A stretch of 64,000 bases of DNA from Sedimentisphaerales bacterium (lineage in GTDB: Bacteria > Planctomycetota > Phycisphaerae > Sedimentisphaerales > Anaerobacaceae): the NCBI GenBank assembly GCA_040772485.1, contig JAXGYC010000007.1, positions 992,001 through 1,056,000 on the forward strand, in the 5' to 3' direction. Numbering within the stretch: the stretch's first letter is position 1; each line of letters begins with the position of its first letter. The translations under genes and the position numbers were made by a program. Positions 44,461 to 56,476 of this stretch are shown piece by piece. The notes beneath the pieces are model-generated. The model made no database searches and had not been told where the DNA came from. It saw nothing but the letters and a program-made list of their open reading frames with translations.

Positions 44461-47400
44461 TCAATTGCCCCCGGCGGCGACGCTGGCCTGCGGCGTACCG
44501 CCATAAGCGCCCATATCGATCCGCGAATTCACCACCGAAGCGCCATTGACCGTTGTAGGTTCATCCAGGATCGAAGCGGCCGGGTCGCCCGCGTCGATGC
44601 AAGGACTGGTGTCAGCATCCAAAATCCAGACGCCGTCGGCCTCGTCCCAGCGACCGCCCTGACTGCGGAGATGGTAGTCCCCTGCCACCCATGCGGCCCC
44701 CAGCCACTGCCCGGGGGCAGCGAAGAGCGGGTCGGCGTCAATGTTGCCCTCCCCGGACCAGCCTCCCGCGACATCACTGTATGTCACGGCGGCGCGGTTG
44801 TCGTTGATCTGGACACCGGCGCCGTCGCTGTCGTTGAAAAAGATGATCGAACTCGTCCCAGAGGCGCCGGAAGTATCCAGCCCCGCACCCGCGTTCTCCA
44901 CCACGGTGCAATTGGTCAGGAGCGGTCTTCCGCCCAGCATGCCCGCACCGCGATTGCCCGCGACAATGCAGTTGACGAACCTTGGAATGCTGTGACGAAC
45001 CGTGCGCGATCCGGTGGGAATCCACATCTCTACGCCGGCGCCGAAGTTGGCCACAATGCGCGACTGGACAACGTCGGGCCGGCCCTGGTTGACGAGGAAC
45101 ATGCCGTTGCGATTGCCTGTGATGGTGCACCGTTTAATGGTCGGTCCGGAGGCCGATACGAAAATTCCCGCGTTTCCTCCCCGGATGGTCATGCCGTCGA
45201 GGATGCTGTCACTTTGCTCTTCGGAGTCAAACGTCACGATATTGGCCGATCCCTCAAGGACCGTCGCGGCCACGACCGCCGGATCGTCCGGGGCGGCCGA
45301 CCGCACCGTCAACGCTTTGCCGAGGAAATGGATCGATTCTCGATAGACGCCCTCGGGCAGCACGATTTCGTCGCCGGCGCCGCCAGAGGCGATTGCGTGC
45401 TGGACGTAATCGTAGCGTTGGCCCGTGGTGGCGTTCTGAACCGTCCCGTCAAAGACGGCGTAGCCGAATGCCAGTCTCAGACCCTGGACCGATCCGTAGG
45501 AGCTCAGCCACACCAGCGAGGTGCCCTCCAGGGCGGGCGACAAACCGTATAGCGTGGCAGGCAGGCCCAGATTCATCACGCCGTGGTTGGCCGTGATACA
45601 CGCCAGCCGGATCTGGCCGCCGGACTCCTCGCCATCCAGATAGGCAACCATGCAGCCGTCCACGGCCGGCTGTCGCTGTCCCTTGCGACCTTTGGCGATC
45701 TCGAACACCCTGACATGATCGGGATCAAGAATCTCGGCCCCGTAGATATCACCCTGGTCGTTGCGCTCGTCGGTCCAGACGACATATCGCCCCGAGACCG
45801 CCGGGTCGCGCTGGCGAGCCGGGTCGTTACAGACGGTGAATACCTCGATGTTGTTCAGGTCCGCGATGTTGGCGGCGTAGATGTCGCCGTTGCCTTCCCA
45901 GACCACGAGATCGCCGGAAATGTCAACCACGTCGTCATAGTCGTTGGCTGGGCTCTGATACGGGAACGGGTCTCTACGGCCCACATTCGTGGCGACCGTG
46001 AAGTAGACGGGATTCTTCGGATCGCTGATGTCGGCGCCGCAGATATCGTACGGCATGTTGGCCCATTGGCCCGCGACGTTGCGGTCAATGCCCGCGTGCT
46101 GGACCCAGACGACCTTGTGGCCTGAAATAGCCGGGTGGCTGTAGGATTCATAGTCCGTGTACGGTCGCAGGGTGATGTAGTCTTCGGCAGCAAGATCGCG
46201 CAGGTAGATCCCCGTGCACATCCGCGTCAGAGACCCGCCGACGGGCGCCCCGCCCGCCCAGACGACCAGATTGCCGTCTACCTTGGGCTGTGCGCTGAAC
46301 CCGCCGGCCGAGAATGTCTCGGTCAATCCCGTTGCGAAATCCGTCCAGGCGATCCGCCAGTTGGAGGTCCCCGGGTCCGCTACGGCCACGATCCTGGTTC
46401 CGGAGACGTCGGCATAGCGAGGGGTCTGGTTGCTTATCGGTTCGATCGCCAGCGTCCGCAGATCGGTCGTCGCGCGCACCGCCACAAGCGTCACCTGACT
46501 GGACTCGCTGTCGCCGAACCCATCGCTGACGACCAGTTCGAAGGTGTAGGTTTCACCCGGCTGGGCCTCGAAGACCGGCGTGGCGCCATCCGGACTCTGC
46601 AGCACTACACTCGGACCGGCCAACTGGGTCCAGGTGTAGCTCAAGTAGTCGACCGGGTCGGGGTCGTACGAACCCGTTCCGTCCAGCGTGATCTGCCCGG
46701 GGGCCTGCCAGACACGGTCCTCGCCGGCGTCGGCCACAGGCAGAACGTTGGGACCGACGTAGACCAGGACGTCGTCCGGACCACTGGAGTACCGGCTGTC
46801 GGCCACCACCAGCCGGAAGGAGTAGTTGCCCTCGGCTGGAGCAACAAACCAGGGCATAGCCGAATCGGCGCCTTCGAGGACCACATTCGGTCCGGCGACC
46901 TGCGTCCACTGATAGCTCTGGATGTCGAACGAGTCATAGAAGAAGCTGCCGGTGCCGTCAAGCGCAACAGTTTCGTTCACGGCCAGAACGTGGACGTCCG
47001 GACCCGCCGAGGCGACCGGCTTGACGTAGCCGACGTATTCATCGGCTCCCATATCGATTCGGGCGGCGTAGATGCGTTCCTCGCCGTCCATGTCCGTCTG
47101 GCCGGCCGGAGCGATGAACTCCGGATCACCCCCGTTGATGCAGGGCGACTCCAGGGTCAGGTGAAAGTTCTTGCTCGCCGGGGACAGAAACTGTGGATTC
47201 TCGGAGATGTTGCCGTTGAGGCCGGTCAGGTCCCCGTCCCCGTCGTACAGCACGGAATAGGTCTGCGGGTCGATGCACCCGTAATTGCCCGGAGAGTTGC
47301 CCCAGACGTTGTTGTATGTCACAGATGAATAGTCCAGATCGCCCTCCCAGAACAGGCCCCCGCCGGAACGGGCATCGCTGATGACGTTGTTGGATACCCG

Positions 47401-48201
47401 GAGATACCCGAACTCCGCTGCGGGGACGAGATAGAGGTTGCCGCCCATGCCCGTGTCCAGCCCGATGCCGAGCGTCGATCCGAAATCGCAGTCATTCCGC
47501 ACGATGGTGTTGTTGTAGACCGAGCCGGCAAACACAATCACACCGCCGCCCAGATACGCGGAGTTGTCAAAGATGACGTTGTTGTGGACCGTGGGTTCTC
47601 CGAAGTAACCGATCATCCCGGCCCCGACATAGGCGCTGTTGTTTCGGATGGTGTTGTACGTGACGATAGGACTGCCCTGCCAGCAGCCGATCCCCCCTCC
47701 GAAGCACAGGTCGACCTGCATCTCGTTGTCGGCGATCCGGAACAGACCCGCGTTGCGAACAATCACATTCTTCGTGATGGTAGGTGAGCTGTTGCTACAG
47801 TAGATCCCGGCGCCCATGTAGAGCCTCTCGGTAGTGCTCCCGCCCAGTTCGGGATGGTAGGTGCCGGTGCCGCCGGTGATCGTGAAACCGGTCAGCACCG
47901 CCCGCGTGGTTTCGCCTTGGGCAAACGTGACCACCGAACCTTCGCCATCGGCGTTGAGAACCGTGTAGCCGACCACCCTGGAATCGTCAGGGTCCGTGCT
48001 GGTCACCGTGATATCCTTGCCGCGGAAGTTGATCGTCTGAAAGTAGACCCCGGGCGCCACCAGCACGACGTCACCGTCTTCGGAGGCATCGATTCCCGCC
48101 TGAATGGTCGCGTACTGGCTGGGGACCTTGCGCGTCTCGCCGTAGCCGGTCCCCATGCACATACAGACAACAAGAGCCCCGAATAGACCGATCCTTTTCA
48201 T
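44461..48201 (-). CDS. Large secreted protein: beta-helix + PKD/Ig-like + beta-propeller repeats
   Basis: Signal MKRIGLFG..; TIQAGID beta-helix start; PVASAGPD/LDGTGS..WTQ PKD-like repeats; PAVSGRYVVWTDERN propeller repeats; IDMGAY ends. Confidence 0.8.
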   Translation of the reverse strand: MKRIGLFGALVVCMCMGTGYGETRKVPSQYATIQAGIDASEDGDVVLVAPGVYFQTINFRGKDITVTSTDPDDSRVVGYTVLNADGEGSVVTFAQGETTRAVLTGFTITGGTGTYHPELGGSTTERLYMGAGIYCSNSSPTITKNVIVRNAGLFRIADNEMQVDLCFGGGIGCWQGSPIVTYNTIRNNSAYVGAGMIGYFGEPTVHNNVIFDNSAYLGGGVIVFAGSVYNNTIVRNDCDFGSTLGIGLDTGMGGNLYLVPAAEFGYLRVSNNVISDARSGGGLFWEGDLDYSSVTYNNVWGNSPGNYGCIDPQTYSVLYDGDGDLTGLNGNISENPQFLSPASKNFHLTLESPCINGGDPEFIAPAGQTDMDGEERIYAARIDMGADEYVGYVKPVASAGPDVHVLAVNETVALDGTGSFFYDSFDIQSYQWTQVAGPNVVLEGADSAMPWFVAPAEGNYSFRLVVADSRYSSGPDDVLVYVGPNVLPVADAGEDRVWQAPGQITLDGTGSYDPDPVDYLSYTWTQLAGPSVVLQSPDGATPVFEAQPGETYTFELVVSDGFGDSESSQVTLVAVRATTDLRTLAIEPISNQTPRYADVSGTRIVAVADPGTSNWRIAWTDFATGLTETFSAGGFSAQPKVDGNLVVWAGGAPVGGSLTRMCTGIYLRDLAAEDYITLRPYTDYESYSHPAISGHKVVWVQHAGIDRNVAGQWANMPYDICGADISDPKNPVYFTVATNVGRRDPFPYQSPANDYDDVVDISGDLVVWEGNGDIYAANIADLNNIEVFTVCNDPARQRDPAVSGRYVVWTDERNDQGDIYGAEILDPDHVRVFEIAKGRKGQRQPAVDGCMVAYLDGEESGGQIRLACITANHGVMNLGLPATLYGLSPALEGTSLVWLSSYGSVQGLRLAFGYAVFDGTVQNATTGQRYDYVQHAIASGGAGDEIVLPEGVYRESIHFLGKALTVRSAAPDDPAVVAATVLEGSANIVTFDSEEQSDSILDGMTIRGGNAGIFVSASGPTIKRCTITGNRNGMFLVNQGRPDVVQSRIVANFGAGVEMWIPTGSRTVRHSIPRFVNCIVAGNRGAGMLGGRPLLTNCTVVENAGAGLDTSGASGTSSIIFFNDSDGAGVQINDNRAAVTYSDVAGGWSGEGNIDADPLFAAPGQWLGAAWVAGDYHLRSQGGRWDEADGVWILDADTSPCIDAGDPAASILDEPTTVNGASVVNSRIDMGAYGGTPQASVAAGGN

Positions 48202-48285
48202 GTCCTCACCTTTCTCATAGATCCGCACGCAGTGAGCCGCACCGATTGGAGATCAACCTGCCTCCGATAGTAGGCTGAACCTTTG

Positions 48286-48314
48286 TTTATACTCGAATTC
48301 GCGCGTTTTTTCAA
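48286..48314 (-). promoter_or_regulatory. sigma70-type promoter
   Basis: TTGAAA-N17-TATAAA on the minus strand. Confidence 0.5.
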
Positions 48315-48596
48315 GTGATTCAGGTTGCAGCGCTCGCCCCCCGGACAACGAATCGCGCGGCTGCCACCCTTCTATAGACGGCTTTGCCGGGCCGGCATTG
48401 CGCAGAAAGTGGCGGATTCTGTGGCCGCCAGCCTCCTCTCAACCCGGCCGGGCCAAGCGGAACCGCGAGAATCAGTCCTTCCGGTCTTGCTCGCGGCAGT
48501 CTATATGCGGAGTGTTACCGAGTTGTTACGAAACTGCGGATTCTGCGCGATTTCTGGAGGATTTCCCGCATCCCGACACCGGCCGGCTGCGGTAAG

Positions 48597-49358
48597 TCAA
48601 CCCTTGCCTCGATCCGGAACGGGCAGACCCAATTCGACGAGGACTTTTTTCATGTCCTCCCAGACGCGTCGCCGGGTGTCCGGCGTGTAGTTCCGCAGGA
48701 TATAGGCGGGATGGTAGGTCGCCATGAGCCTGATAGTGGGCTGCCCCAAGCCGGGCGAATACTCCTGGAACTGGCCCCGGAGCTGACCGATGGACTTCTC
48801 GGTGTCCAGAAGGGTCCTGGCGGCATGGGCCCCGAGGGCTACGATGACTTGGGGCCTGATGATCTCGATCTGCCTCTGCAAATATGGCAGGCAACTGAAA
48901 ATCTCCTCCTCGCGGGGGTCGCGATTGTCCGGCGGGCGACATTTGAGGATGTTGGCGATATAGACGTCTTCGCGTTTGAGGCCACAGGCGGCGATGATCT
49001 TGTCCAGAAGCTGTCCGGCCCGGCCCACGAACGGGCGGCCCTGCGCGTCTTCATCCGCCCCAGGGGCCTCACCGACAAACATGATCCGCGCATTCGGGCT
49101 GCCCTCGCCGGGCACACCGTGCGTCCTGGTAGCTCCCAAGCCGCATTTGCAGCATTGGCGGACTTCCGTAGCGATGGCCTCCAACTCCTCGGCCGCGTTG
49201 GAACTGCGTGCTGCGACGGTAGGCTTCTCCGGTGGCGCGGGGTGGAGTGGCTCGACGGATTCTCTCGCCTTGGCGCCGCGGATCACATACCCGGTGAAGA
49301 ACCCCTCCATTTCGAGGTGCTGGCGAACCACCTTGTCCGTGTCGACTTCCTTTGGCAT
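48597..49358 (-). CDS. Uracil-DNA glycosylase family 4
   Basis: [37 protein letters not shown]. Confidence 0.93.
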   Translation of the reverse strand: MPKEVDTDKVVRQHLEMEGFFTGYVIRGAKARESVEPLHPAPPEKPTVAARSSNAAEELEAIATEVRQCCKCGLGATRTHGVPGEGSPNARIMFVGEAPGADEDAQGRPFVGRAGQLLDKIIAACGLKREDVYIANILKCRPPDNRDPREEEIFSCLPYLQRQIEIIRPQVIVALGAHAARTLLDTEKSIGQLRGQFQEYSPGLGQPTIRLMATYHPAYILRNYTPDTRRRVWEDMKKVLVELGLPVPDRGKG

Positions 49359-49437
49359 GGCAGTATTGTATTGCCGCCGGCAGGCACACACAACGAAAAA
49401 CACGGCCGGCATCCTCGTGGAGCCGGCAGCAGAAGAC

Positions 49438-49471
49438 AAAAAAAAGGGCGCCCTTGAAAGAGGCGCCCTTC
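49438..49471 (-). terminator. Rho-independent terminator after gdhA
   Basis: aagggcgcc-loop-ggcgccctt followed by a T run on the minus strand. Confidence 0.8.
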
Positions 49472-49495
49472 AGCACTTGAAAAGCGGGCCTTGTC

Positions 49496-50950
<1,455 letters not shown>

Positions 50951-50991
50951 TCAGGGGGCTTGCAACAACAGGTCAAATGCTGATATGTCCT

Positions 50992-51006
50992 ATCACAAGA
51001 CCTTAT
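50992..51006. promoter_or_regulatory. Putative LysR site upstream of gdhA
   Basis: ATAAG-gtctt-GTGAT (minus strand); T-N11-A. Confidence 0.6.
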
Positions 51007-51044
51007 ATTATACGGTGGACTGCTAATAGTCCGCTGTCATCGGC

Positions 51045-53627
51045 TCACTCGAAGAGACACAGGGCCTGCTGAGAAACCACGTCGGCCAGCATCCGAAGTC
51101 GGCCCTGCGTGATGTCGCAGACCCTGACGACATCCGCGTATCTGGCTCTCTCCGGCATCAAGTCCTCCAGGCGGTTCGGCATGTTCTCAAGCAGGGCCTT
51201 GTCGAAGGCGAAGCCTTCCTGCCGGGGAAACACGGCGACGTAGAAGATGTCCTGTTCGACCAGATCCTGAAAGAAATGGGTGCCAAACGACAGCTCCGGC
51301 ATCAGATTGCCGCCCTCATAGGCCAGCTCGCCCAGCACAGTGATGTTGTTGATCTCCGAGAAACTGACCGGCACCCCGAGTGAGGGCGTGGTGGTTCCCC
51401 ATCGGCCGGGCCCCAGGAGCATCGTGGGCATCTCCAGCCGATCGGGAATCTGGCGGTTGAGATTCCCGACGAGGCGCGCGATGTCGTACTTCTGCGTGAT
51501 TGGCAGGGGATCGTAGCCTTCCGGCCGGACGTAGATGATTCTCCTGAGATCGACGGAGATGCTCCCGCCCATGAAGTACCCGTCGCAGCGGAAGAGAACC
51601 TTGGCCGGATCGATCTGCGAAGGAATCTCCACGTGCGGCTGCCGGCCCTTGGTTTGCAGCGGACGACACTGGAGCACGTTGATCACAGGCGTTCCCGCTT
51701 CCGTGAAATTCACCGTGAACTCGACATCGACCGGGTATTCGTAGCTCCTCTCGAGAGTCTTCAGGATCGTCTGCATGTTCTGCACGAAGGACGTCTCGGT
51801 CAGAAGCTTCTCAAAGGTCAGGAGCCAGTACTGCTGACTGCTGCCCAAGGCCCTGGCTCGCTCGGTCATCTCGTAGTCCGCCGTCGCCATGAGGTCCGTC
51901 CGGATGTCGAGCCCCTCCTCGAAGACCTGACGGACGGGGACTTCGCGGAGGGCGTTCTCGTTGATGTCCAGCAGGTCCACATGATGCTGGGAAAACCGCC
52001 GGACGTCGTCCATCCCGCGTACGGGTCTCATCAAGGGAGCGTCCAGCGCCAGAACGCGCGGATAGTCGTTCTCCACCCGGTTCACGGCGCGCGTGCCCAA
52101 CCCGAGCACCAGCCGCACCATGCCCGCGTTCGGATCAAGCTGCGGATTCCAGGCGAGCGTGTTCTGAGAGACCCCGACGCCGGCCAGATCGGGGAAGAAG
52201 TACGATTTCCGATACGACCCGCTCACCCGCTGCACGAGCAGCGCCATCTGTTCATCGTGCTGGTCGAGCCCTCTCTGCAAGCGATACGTCAACGCGTCTC
52301 TGTTCATCGTGCTCGAGTAGACGCGCCGAACGAAATCCTCGAAGCACGCCATCCGTTGTTCGGGATCACCCTGATTGACGCAGAAAAAACTCTCGTACTT
52401 TCCCGCGAACGCATTGCCGAACGCGTCTTCGAGCAGGCTGCTCGAACGAACGATGATGGGGGACTGGCCGAAGTACTCGAGCATCTCCTGAAACTCATCG
52501 CGAATCTGCTCCGGGAATTTGCCCGTGAGCATCTTCTCCTTCAGCTCGGCAGCCACCTCGAAGTAGCCCTCCCTGGTCTTCTGGGCCATGCGCCGCTTCC
52601 ACCAGCCGTTCTCGACGATGTAGGTGTAGAAGACGTCGGAGCCGACATAGAACGAATCGTGTGGCTCCAGATGCCCGCTCTGGGCAAAGGCCGGGTCTGT
52701 CGTGAGAATCTTGTTGGCGAGCAACATCCCGACCGCTTTGCCGCCGATGAAGCCGGTTCCAATCATCCGGCTCTTAATCTCGAGTAGATCATCGAGCGTG
52801 AAATGCTTTTGGGCCAGCGACAGGATCCGCTCCTCGCGCCCGATCATAATGCGGCACAAGTGCTCGACGGTCTGCTCCTTGTCCAGGGCGGAAGCGGACT
52901 CGACCTGGCTCAACTCCTCGGCTCGCAGGAACAGGCGGTCCCAGTGATCCAGCTTGCGCTGCATCGATTCGCGTCCGCTTTCGGAGATGTGCGAAATCAG
53001 CTTCGTCGCATTCACGCTGCTGGTGATCGGCACGAAGCGATCGCCTTGTTTCAGATGCGGCAGGAACATGGTGGGTGCATAGCGACGGAAGACTTTCAGT
53101 GGATGGACATAGATGCTCCCCTTGAAGTTGTAAAGGTCCAGCAGCAATTGCGTCGTTTCACGGATGCGGGCAATGGTCTTGTACGAATGGCTGTTGCGCA
53201 GGAGTCCGAAATAGGCGATGGTGTCCAGCTCATACAGATAGGGACAGGTGATTCCGAAGAAGTTGCCGATCATCAGGTCGCTGGCCCAGGCGCTGAGCAG
53301 GTCGGAGAGGCAATCGAAAACATAGTACGCCCCCCTGCCGTGGTCGGAGATGATCCGATGGACCTGGGTGGAAAACGTCTCGAAGCCGGCGTACGCATTC
53401 AGCGAGTGCGTCGTGATCCCACCGTCGGCGGACACCAGTGGCTCATGGTCGGCGAATCTCACGTAGACGATCTTGCGGCCGTCCTGTCTGGCCCGCTCGA
53501 CATACGAATCGATGAAAGGCCGCAGATCAGCAATACTGTCGACCTGCCAGACAACATTGTCCCCTTCCCTCAGGTAGTCGATCACCGTATCGAGACCCGT
53601 CAAGCCGGTGCTCAACTTCGTCGCCAT
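51045..53627 (-). CDS. PPDK_N dikinase-like protein with KaiC/RecA-like N-terminus
   Basis: LSTGLTGLDTVI start; IGGKAVG, VRSSSLLED..FAGKY, DVEF, LQCRP; C-terminal GPGRWG and SFGTHFF. Confidence 0.85.
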   Translation of the reverse strand: MATKLSTGLTGLDTVIDYLREGDNVVWQVDSIADLRPFIDSYVERARQDGRKIVYVRFADHEPLVSADGGITTHSLNAYAGFETFSTQVHRIISDHGRGAYYVFDCLSDLLSAWASDLMIGNFFGITCPYLYELDTIAYFGLLRNSHSYKTIARIRETTQLLLDLYNFKGSIYVHPLKVFRRYAPTMFLPHLKQGDRFVPITSSVNATKLISHISESGRESMQRKLDHWDRLFLRAEELSQVESASALDKEQTVEHLCRIMIGREERILSLAQKHFTLDDLLEIKSRMIGTGFIGGKAVGMLLANKILTTDPAFAQSGHLEPHDSFYVGSDVFYTYIVENGWWKRRMAQKTREGYFEVAAELKEKMLTGKFPEQIRDEFQEMLEYFGQSPIIVRSSSLLEDAFGNAFAGKYESFFCVNQGDPEQRMACFEDFVRRVYSSTMNRDALTYRLQRGLDQHDEQMALLVQRVSGSYRKSYFFPDLAGVGVSQNTLAWNPQLDPNAGMVRLVLGLGTRAVNRVENDYPRVLALDAPLMRPVRGMDDVRRFSQHHVDLLDINENALREVPVRQVFEEGLDIRTDLMATADYEMTERARALGSSQQYWLLTFEKLLTETSFVQNMQTILKTLERSYEYPVDVEFTVNFTEAGTPVINVLQCRPLQTKGRQPHVEIPSQIDPAKVLFRCDGYFMGGSISVDLRRIIYVRPEGYDPLPITQKYDIARLVGNLNRQIPDRLEMPTMLLGPGRWGTTTPSLGVPVSFSEINNITVLGELAYEGGNLMPELSFGTHFFQDLVEQDIFYVAVFPRQEGFAFDKALLENMPNRLEDLMPERARYADVVRVCDITQGRLRMLADVVSQQALCLFE

Positions 53628-53793
53628 GGAAAGACCTCACCTTCTTGCACTCGCCGACCTCGGTGGAGGGCCCAGTCCGTCTTCATCCCACCACGAGGGT
53701 GTGCCTCGGACCTGCACCACTCTGTAGAACTCAATAAGGGCAACAACAACAAGCACTTATCCCATTTTCGCGAATGTGGAAACAGCCCATCTG

Positions 53794-53808
53794 ATAAGCA
53801 TATCTGAT
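53794..53808. promoter_or_regulatory. Putative LysR site
   Basis: ATAAG-catat-CTGAT. Confidence 0.6.
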
Positions 53809-53825
53809 ATTGATTTCAGGAGAGC

Positions 53826-53854
53826 TTGCCGTGTTGGCCCAAGTGCGGTATCAT
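53826..53854 (+). promoter_or_regulatory. sigma70-type promoter for the LysR gene
   Basis: TTGCCG-N17-TATCAT. Confidence 0.5.
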
Positions 53855-53904
53855 TGTAGCTTGTCGAGCGATCTGCAGCCAATGGCGAAATCGCGATAGC
53901 AGGC

Positions 53905-53919
53905 ATCAGGGTGACTTAT
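53905..53919. promoter_or_regulatory. Putative LysR site abutting its own start codon
   Basis: ATCAG-ggtga-CTTAT, the reverse complement of ATAAG-N5-CTGAT. Confidence 0.6.
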
Positions 53920-53920
53920 A

Positions 53921-54805
53921 ATGCACATAGAAACGCTTAGGATATTCTGTGACTTGGCCGACTCACGGAGCTTCTCGAAGACAGCGGAGAAGCATCTGCT
54001 GAGCCAGTCGGCCGTCTCGCAGCAACTGGCGCAACTGGAACTGGCGCACAAGTGCCAACTGGTTACACGCAAGAGGCGGCCGATCGAACTGACGGCGGCC
54101 GGGCAGCTCTTCTACACGGCAGCCAAAGACATTCTCGAACGGTACGATCTGCTCAAGAGCGAGCTGAACACGCTCAAGACCACCACGGAGACCCGGATCA
54201 ACATAGCCGCCATTTTCAGTATCGGCATGCACAGCCTCCCGGACTACGTCAAGAAGTTCATGGTCAGCTACCCGAACGTCAACGTCCACATCGAATACCT
54301 CAGTGCCGACATCATTTGCGAGCAAATCCTCAGCGGAGAGATCGACATCGGGATCGTGGCGGTGCCGAAGAAGGACAGGCGCCTCGACGTCTACGATTTC
54401 GAGGAGGAGCCCCTGCTGCTGGCCTGTAGCCCGAGGCATCCGCTGGCGAAAGAGACGCAGGTGGATATCCACAAGCTCCAGTTCGAGCGCTTCATCGCCT
54501 TCGAGAAGGCGGTCCCCACCCGTCTGTGGATCGACGCCATCCTGGCCCGGTACAACACGGTGGTCCGTCCCGTCATGGAGTTTGACAACATTGAGACGAT
54601 CAAGCGGGCGGTGGAGATCAACGGAGGGGTCAGCATCCTCCCGGAGCCGACGATCGTGCAGGAGGTCGCCAGCGGGACGATCAAGGCCGTACCGTTCTCG
54701 AATGAACGGTTTGTTCGGCCCACGGGCATCATCGTTCGCAAGGACCGCGTGCTGAGCCAGGCCGCACGCTACTGCATTGAGCTGCTGCGAAAACAGGGAA
54801 AATAG
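53921..54805 (+). CDS. LysR-family transcriptional regulator
   Basis: SFSKTAEKHLLSQSAVSQQLAQLE HTH, LTAAG; substrate domain IKRAVEINGGVSILP; 294 aa. Confidence 0.95.
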   Translation: MHIETLRIFCDLADSRSFSKTAEKHLLSQSAVSQQLAQLELAHKCQLVTRKRRPIELTAAGQLFYTAAKDILERYDLLKSELNTLKTTTETRINIAAIFSIGMHSLPDYVKKFMVSYPNVNVHIEYLSADIICEQILSGEIDIGIVAVPKKDRRLDVYDFEEEPLLLACSPRHPLAKETQVDIHKLQFERFIAFEKAVPTRLWIDAILARYNTVVRPVMEFDNIETIKRAVEINGGVSILPEPTIVQEVASGTIKAVPFSNERFVRPTGIIVRKDRVLSQAARYCIELLRKQGK

Positions 54806-54999
54806 GCGACCTCGGCGTCCCTTGTGTCCGAATACCCAGGGCACTCTCGGGCGGACAAGGCGACATGGTCGCGTATCAATTCCTTGACAGAAGGTGCAGG
54901 ATACGGCAACGTATGACAGCGTAGGCAAAACTGCACAGAGCGCACGCCGGGGTCTTCTCGGATGTTTTCTCAACTTCGGCGTAAGGGGTCAGCCGGAAT

Positions 55000-55629
55000 A
55001 TGCCGATAAAAGCTGTGGTATTCGACTTGGATGGAACAATCACCCGGCCGTACTTCGATTTCGATGCGATTCGGGAAGAAATCGGGTTGCCCAGGGATAG
55101 TGGACCCATTCTGGAGGCGATGGAACACATGACCGCACAGGAACGTGAGCGTGCCGAGCAGATCCTGCACGATCACGAGGACAGAGCGCTGGCGGCATCG
55201 ACCCTGAACCCCGGCGCATGGGAGACCCTTGCGGCCCTTCGAGCCCGTGGGATTCGCGTCGGAGTCCTGACGCGCAACCGCAAACAAAATGCGCAGGCCA
55301 TCGCCGACAAGCATGACCTGTGTTTCGATTCGGTCGTCGGCCGCGAAGACGGTCCGGTCAAGCCGGATGCGTTCGGCGTTCGCCATCTGTGCCGCCAGTT
55401 CGATGTCCAGCCGGCAGAAACCCTCCTGGTGGGCGACTATCTGTTCGATCTCCAGTGTGCCCGCGCCGCAGGGGCCATACCGGTGCTGATCACCAACCAC
55501 CCCCAGGCGGGCCGCTTTGCCGCCGAGGCTGACTTCCGGATCACGCAGTTGAGCGAAGTGCTCGACATCATCGATGAAAAGGCCCGCTGCGAGAGCAGGC
55601 AAGCCCGAGAGGAAGGTACCCATGTGTAG
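55000..55629 (+). CDS. HAD-superfamily hydrolase
   Basis: VFDLDGT, VLTRN, KPD, VGDYLFD. Confidence 0.9.
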   Translation: MPIKAVVFDLDGTITRPYFDFDAIREEIGLPRDSGPILEAMEHMTAQERERAEQILHDHEDRALAASTLNPGAWETLAALRARGIRVGVLTRNRKQNAQAIADKHDLCFDSVVGREDGPVKPDAFGVRHLCRQFDVQPAETLLVGDYLFDLQCARAAGAIPVLITNHPQAGRFAAEADFRITQLSEVLDIIDEKARCESRQAREEGTHV

Positions 55630-56419
55630 AGCGATGATTCTCGCCGCCTTGTTGGGGCTGTCGTCGGCGACGGCATGCCTGGACCCCCAGGCCGGCCAGG
55701 CGGGTCCCTGTCCGGGTCAGGCGGAAGACCCGAACGCGATCCAGGCCGTGCTCGCCGACCTGCAGGACCGGGCCGCCGGCCTGACGTTCTATCAGTCCAA
55801 GTTGGATTATGTGGTCCGACAGCCCGTGCTCGAATCGCAGGCGCGCCGCAAGGGCACCCTCTACTACGCCAGGTTCGATGATCGATCCTACCTGCGAATC
55901 GATTTCAACACGCTTCAGTATGACCAGGAGAAAGAGCAGAAGTACCGCGAGCAGTATCTTTTCGACGGCATCTGGCTGACGTACATCAGTTACGAGGCTC
56001 GAAGCGTTCAGCGGCAACAGATGGCCGAGCCGAACCAGCCGGTCGATGCTTTCGCCCTGGTGAGCCGGCGCGTCCCGATTCTCGGTTTCTCGAAGATCGA
56101 GGACCTTCAGAATCAATTCGACATCGAGCTGGTCCAGCCCGGCGAGACGGACCCGTCCGCGCCGCGACAGCTCCGCATGAAGGTCAAACCCGATTCGGTC
56201 TACAAAGACGACTACGTCACGATCGATTTCCAGATCGACAACAAGCAGGGATTGCCCACGAAGGTGGCGGCCGTCACGACTGAGCAGGATGTTCACGAGA
56301 TCCTGCTGATCGACGCCCGAATCAATCGGGAGATTCGCAGGAACGTATTCGCCATCGAGATTCCGCGCGACTTCTCCGTGGAGACGATCCCACTCGACAA
56401 GAGTCGCGAGCCAAGGTGA
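55622..56419 (+). CDS. Exported LolA-like protein
   Basis: Signal/lipobox-like ATAC; RKGTLYY, YLFDGIWL, IDNKQGLP beta-rich pattern. Confidence 0.6.
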   Translation: MCRAMILAALLGLSSATACLDPQAGQAGPCPGQAEDPNAIQAVLADLQDRAAGLTFYQSKLDYVVRQPVLESQARRKGTLYYARFDDRSYLRIDFNTLQYDQEKEQKYREQYLFDGIWLTYISYEARSVQRQQMAEPNQPVDAFALVSRRVPILGFSKIEDLQNQFDIELVQPGETDPSAPRQLRMKVKPDSVYKDDYVTIDFQIDNKQGLPTKVAAVTTEQDVHEILLIDARINREIRRNVFAIEIPRDFSVETIPLDKSREPR

Positions 56420-56476
56420 CGGAGGCATGCGGCGTATGTCCGTTTTCACCGCCCATAGAGCCGGGACGTGCAACGA

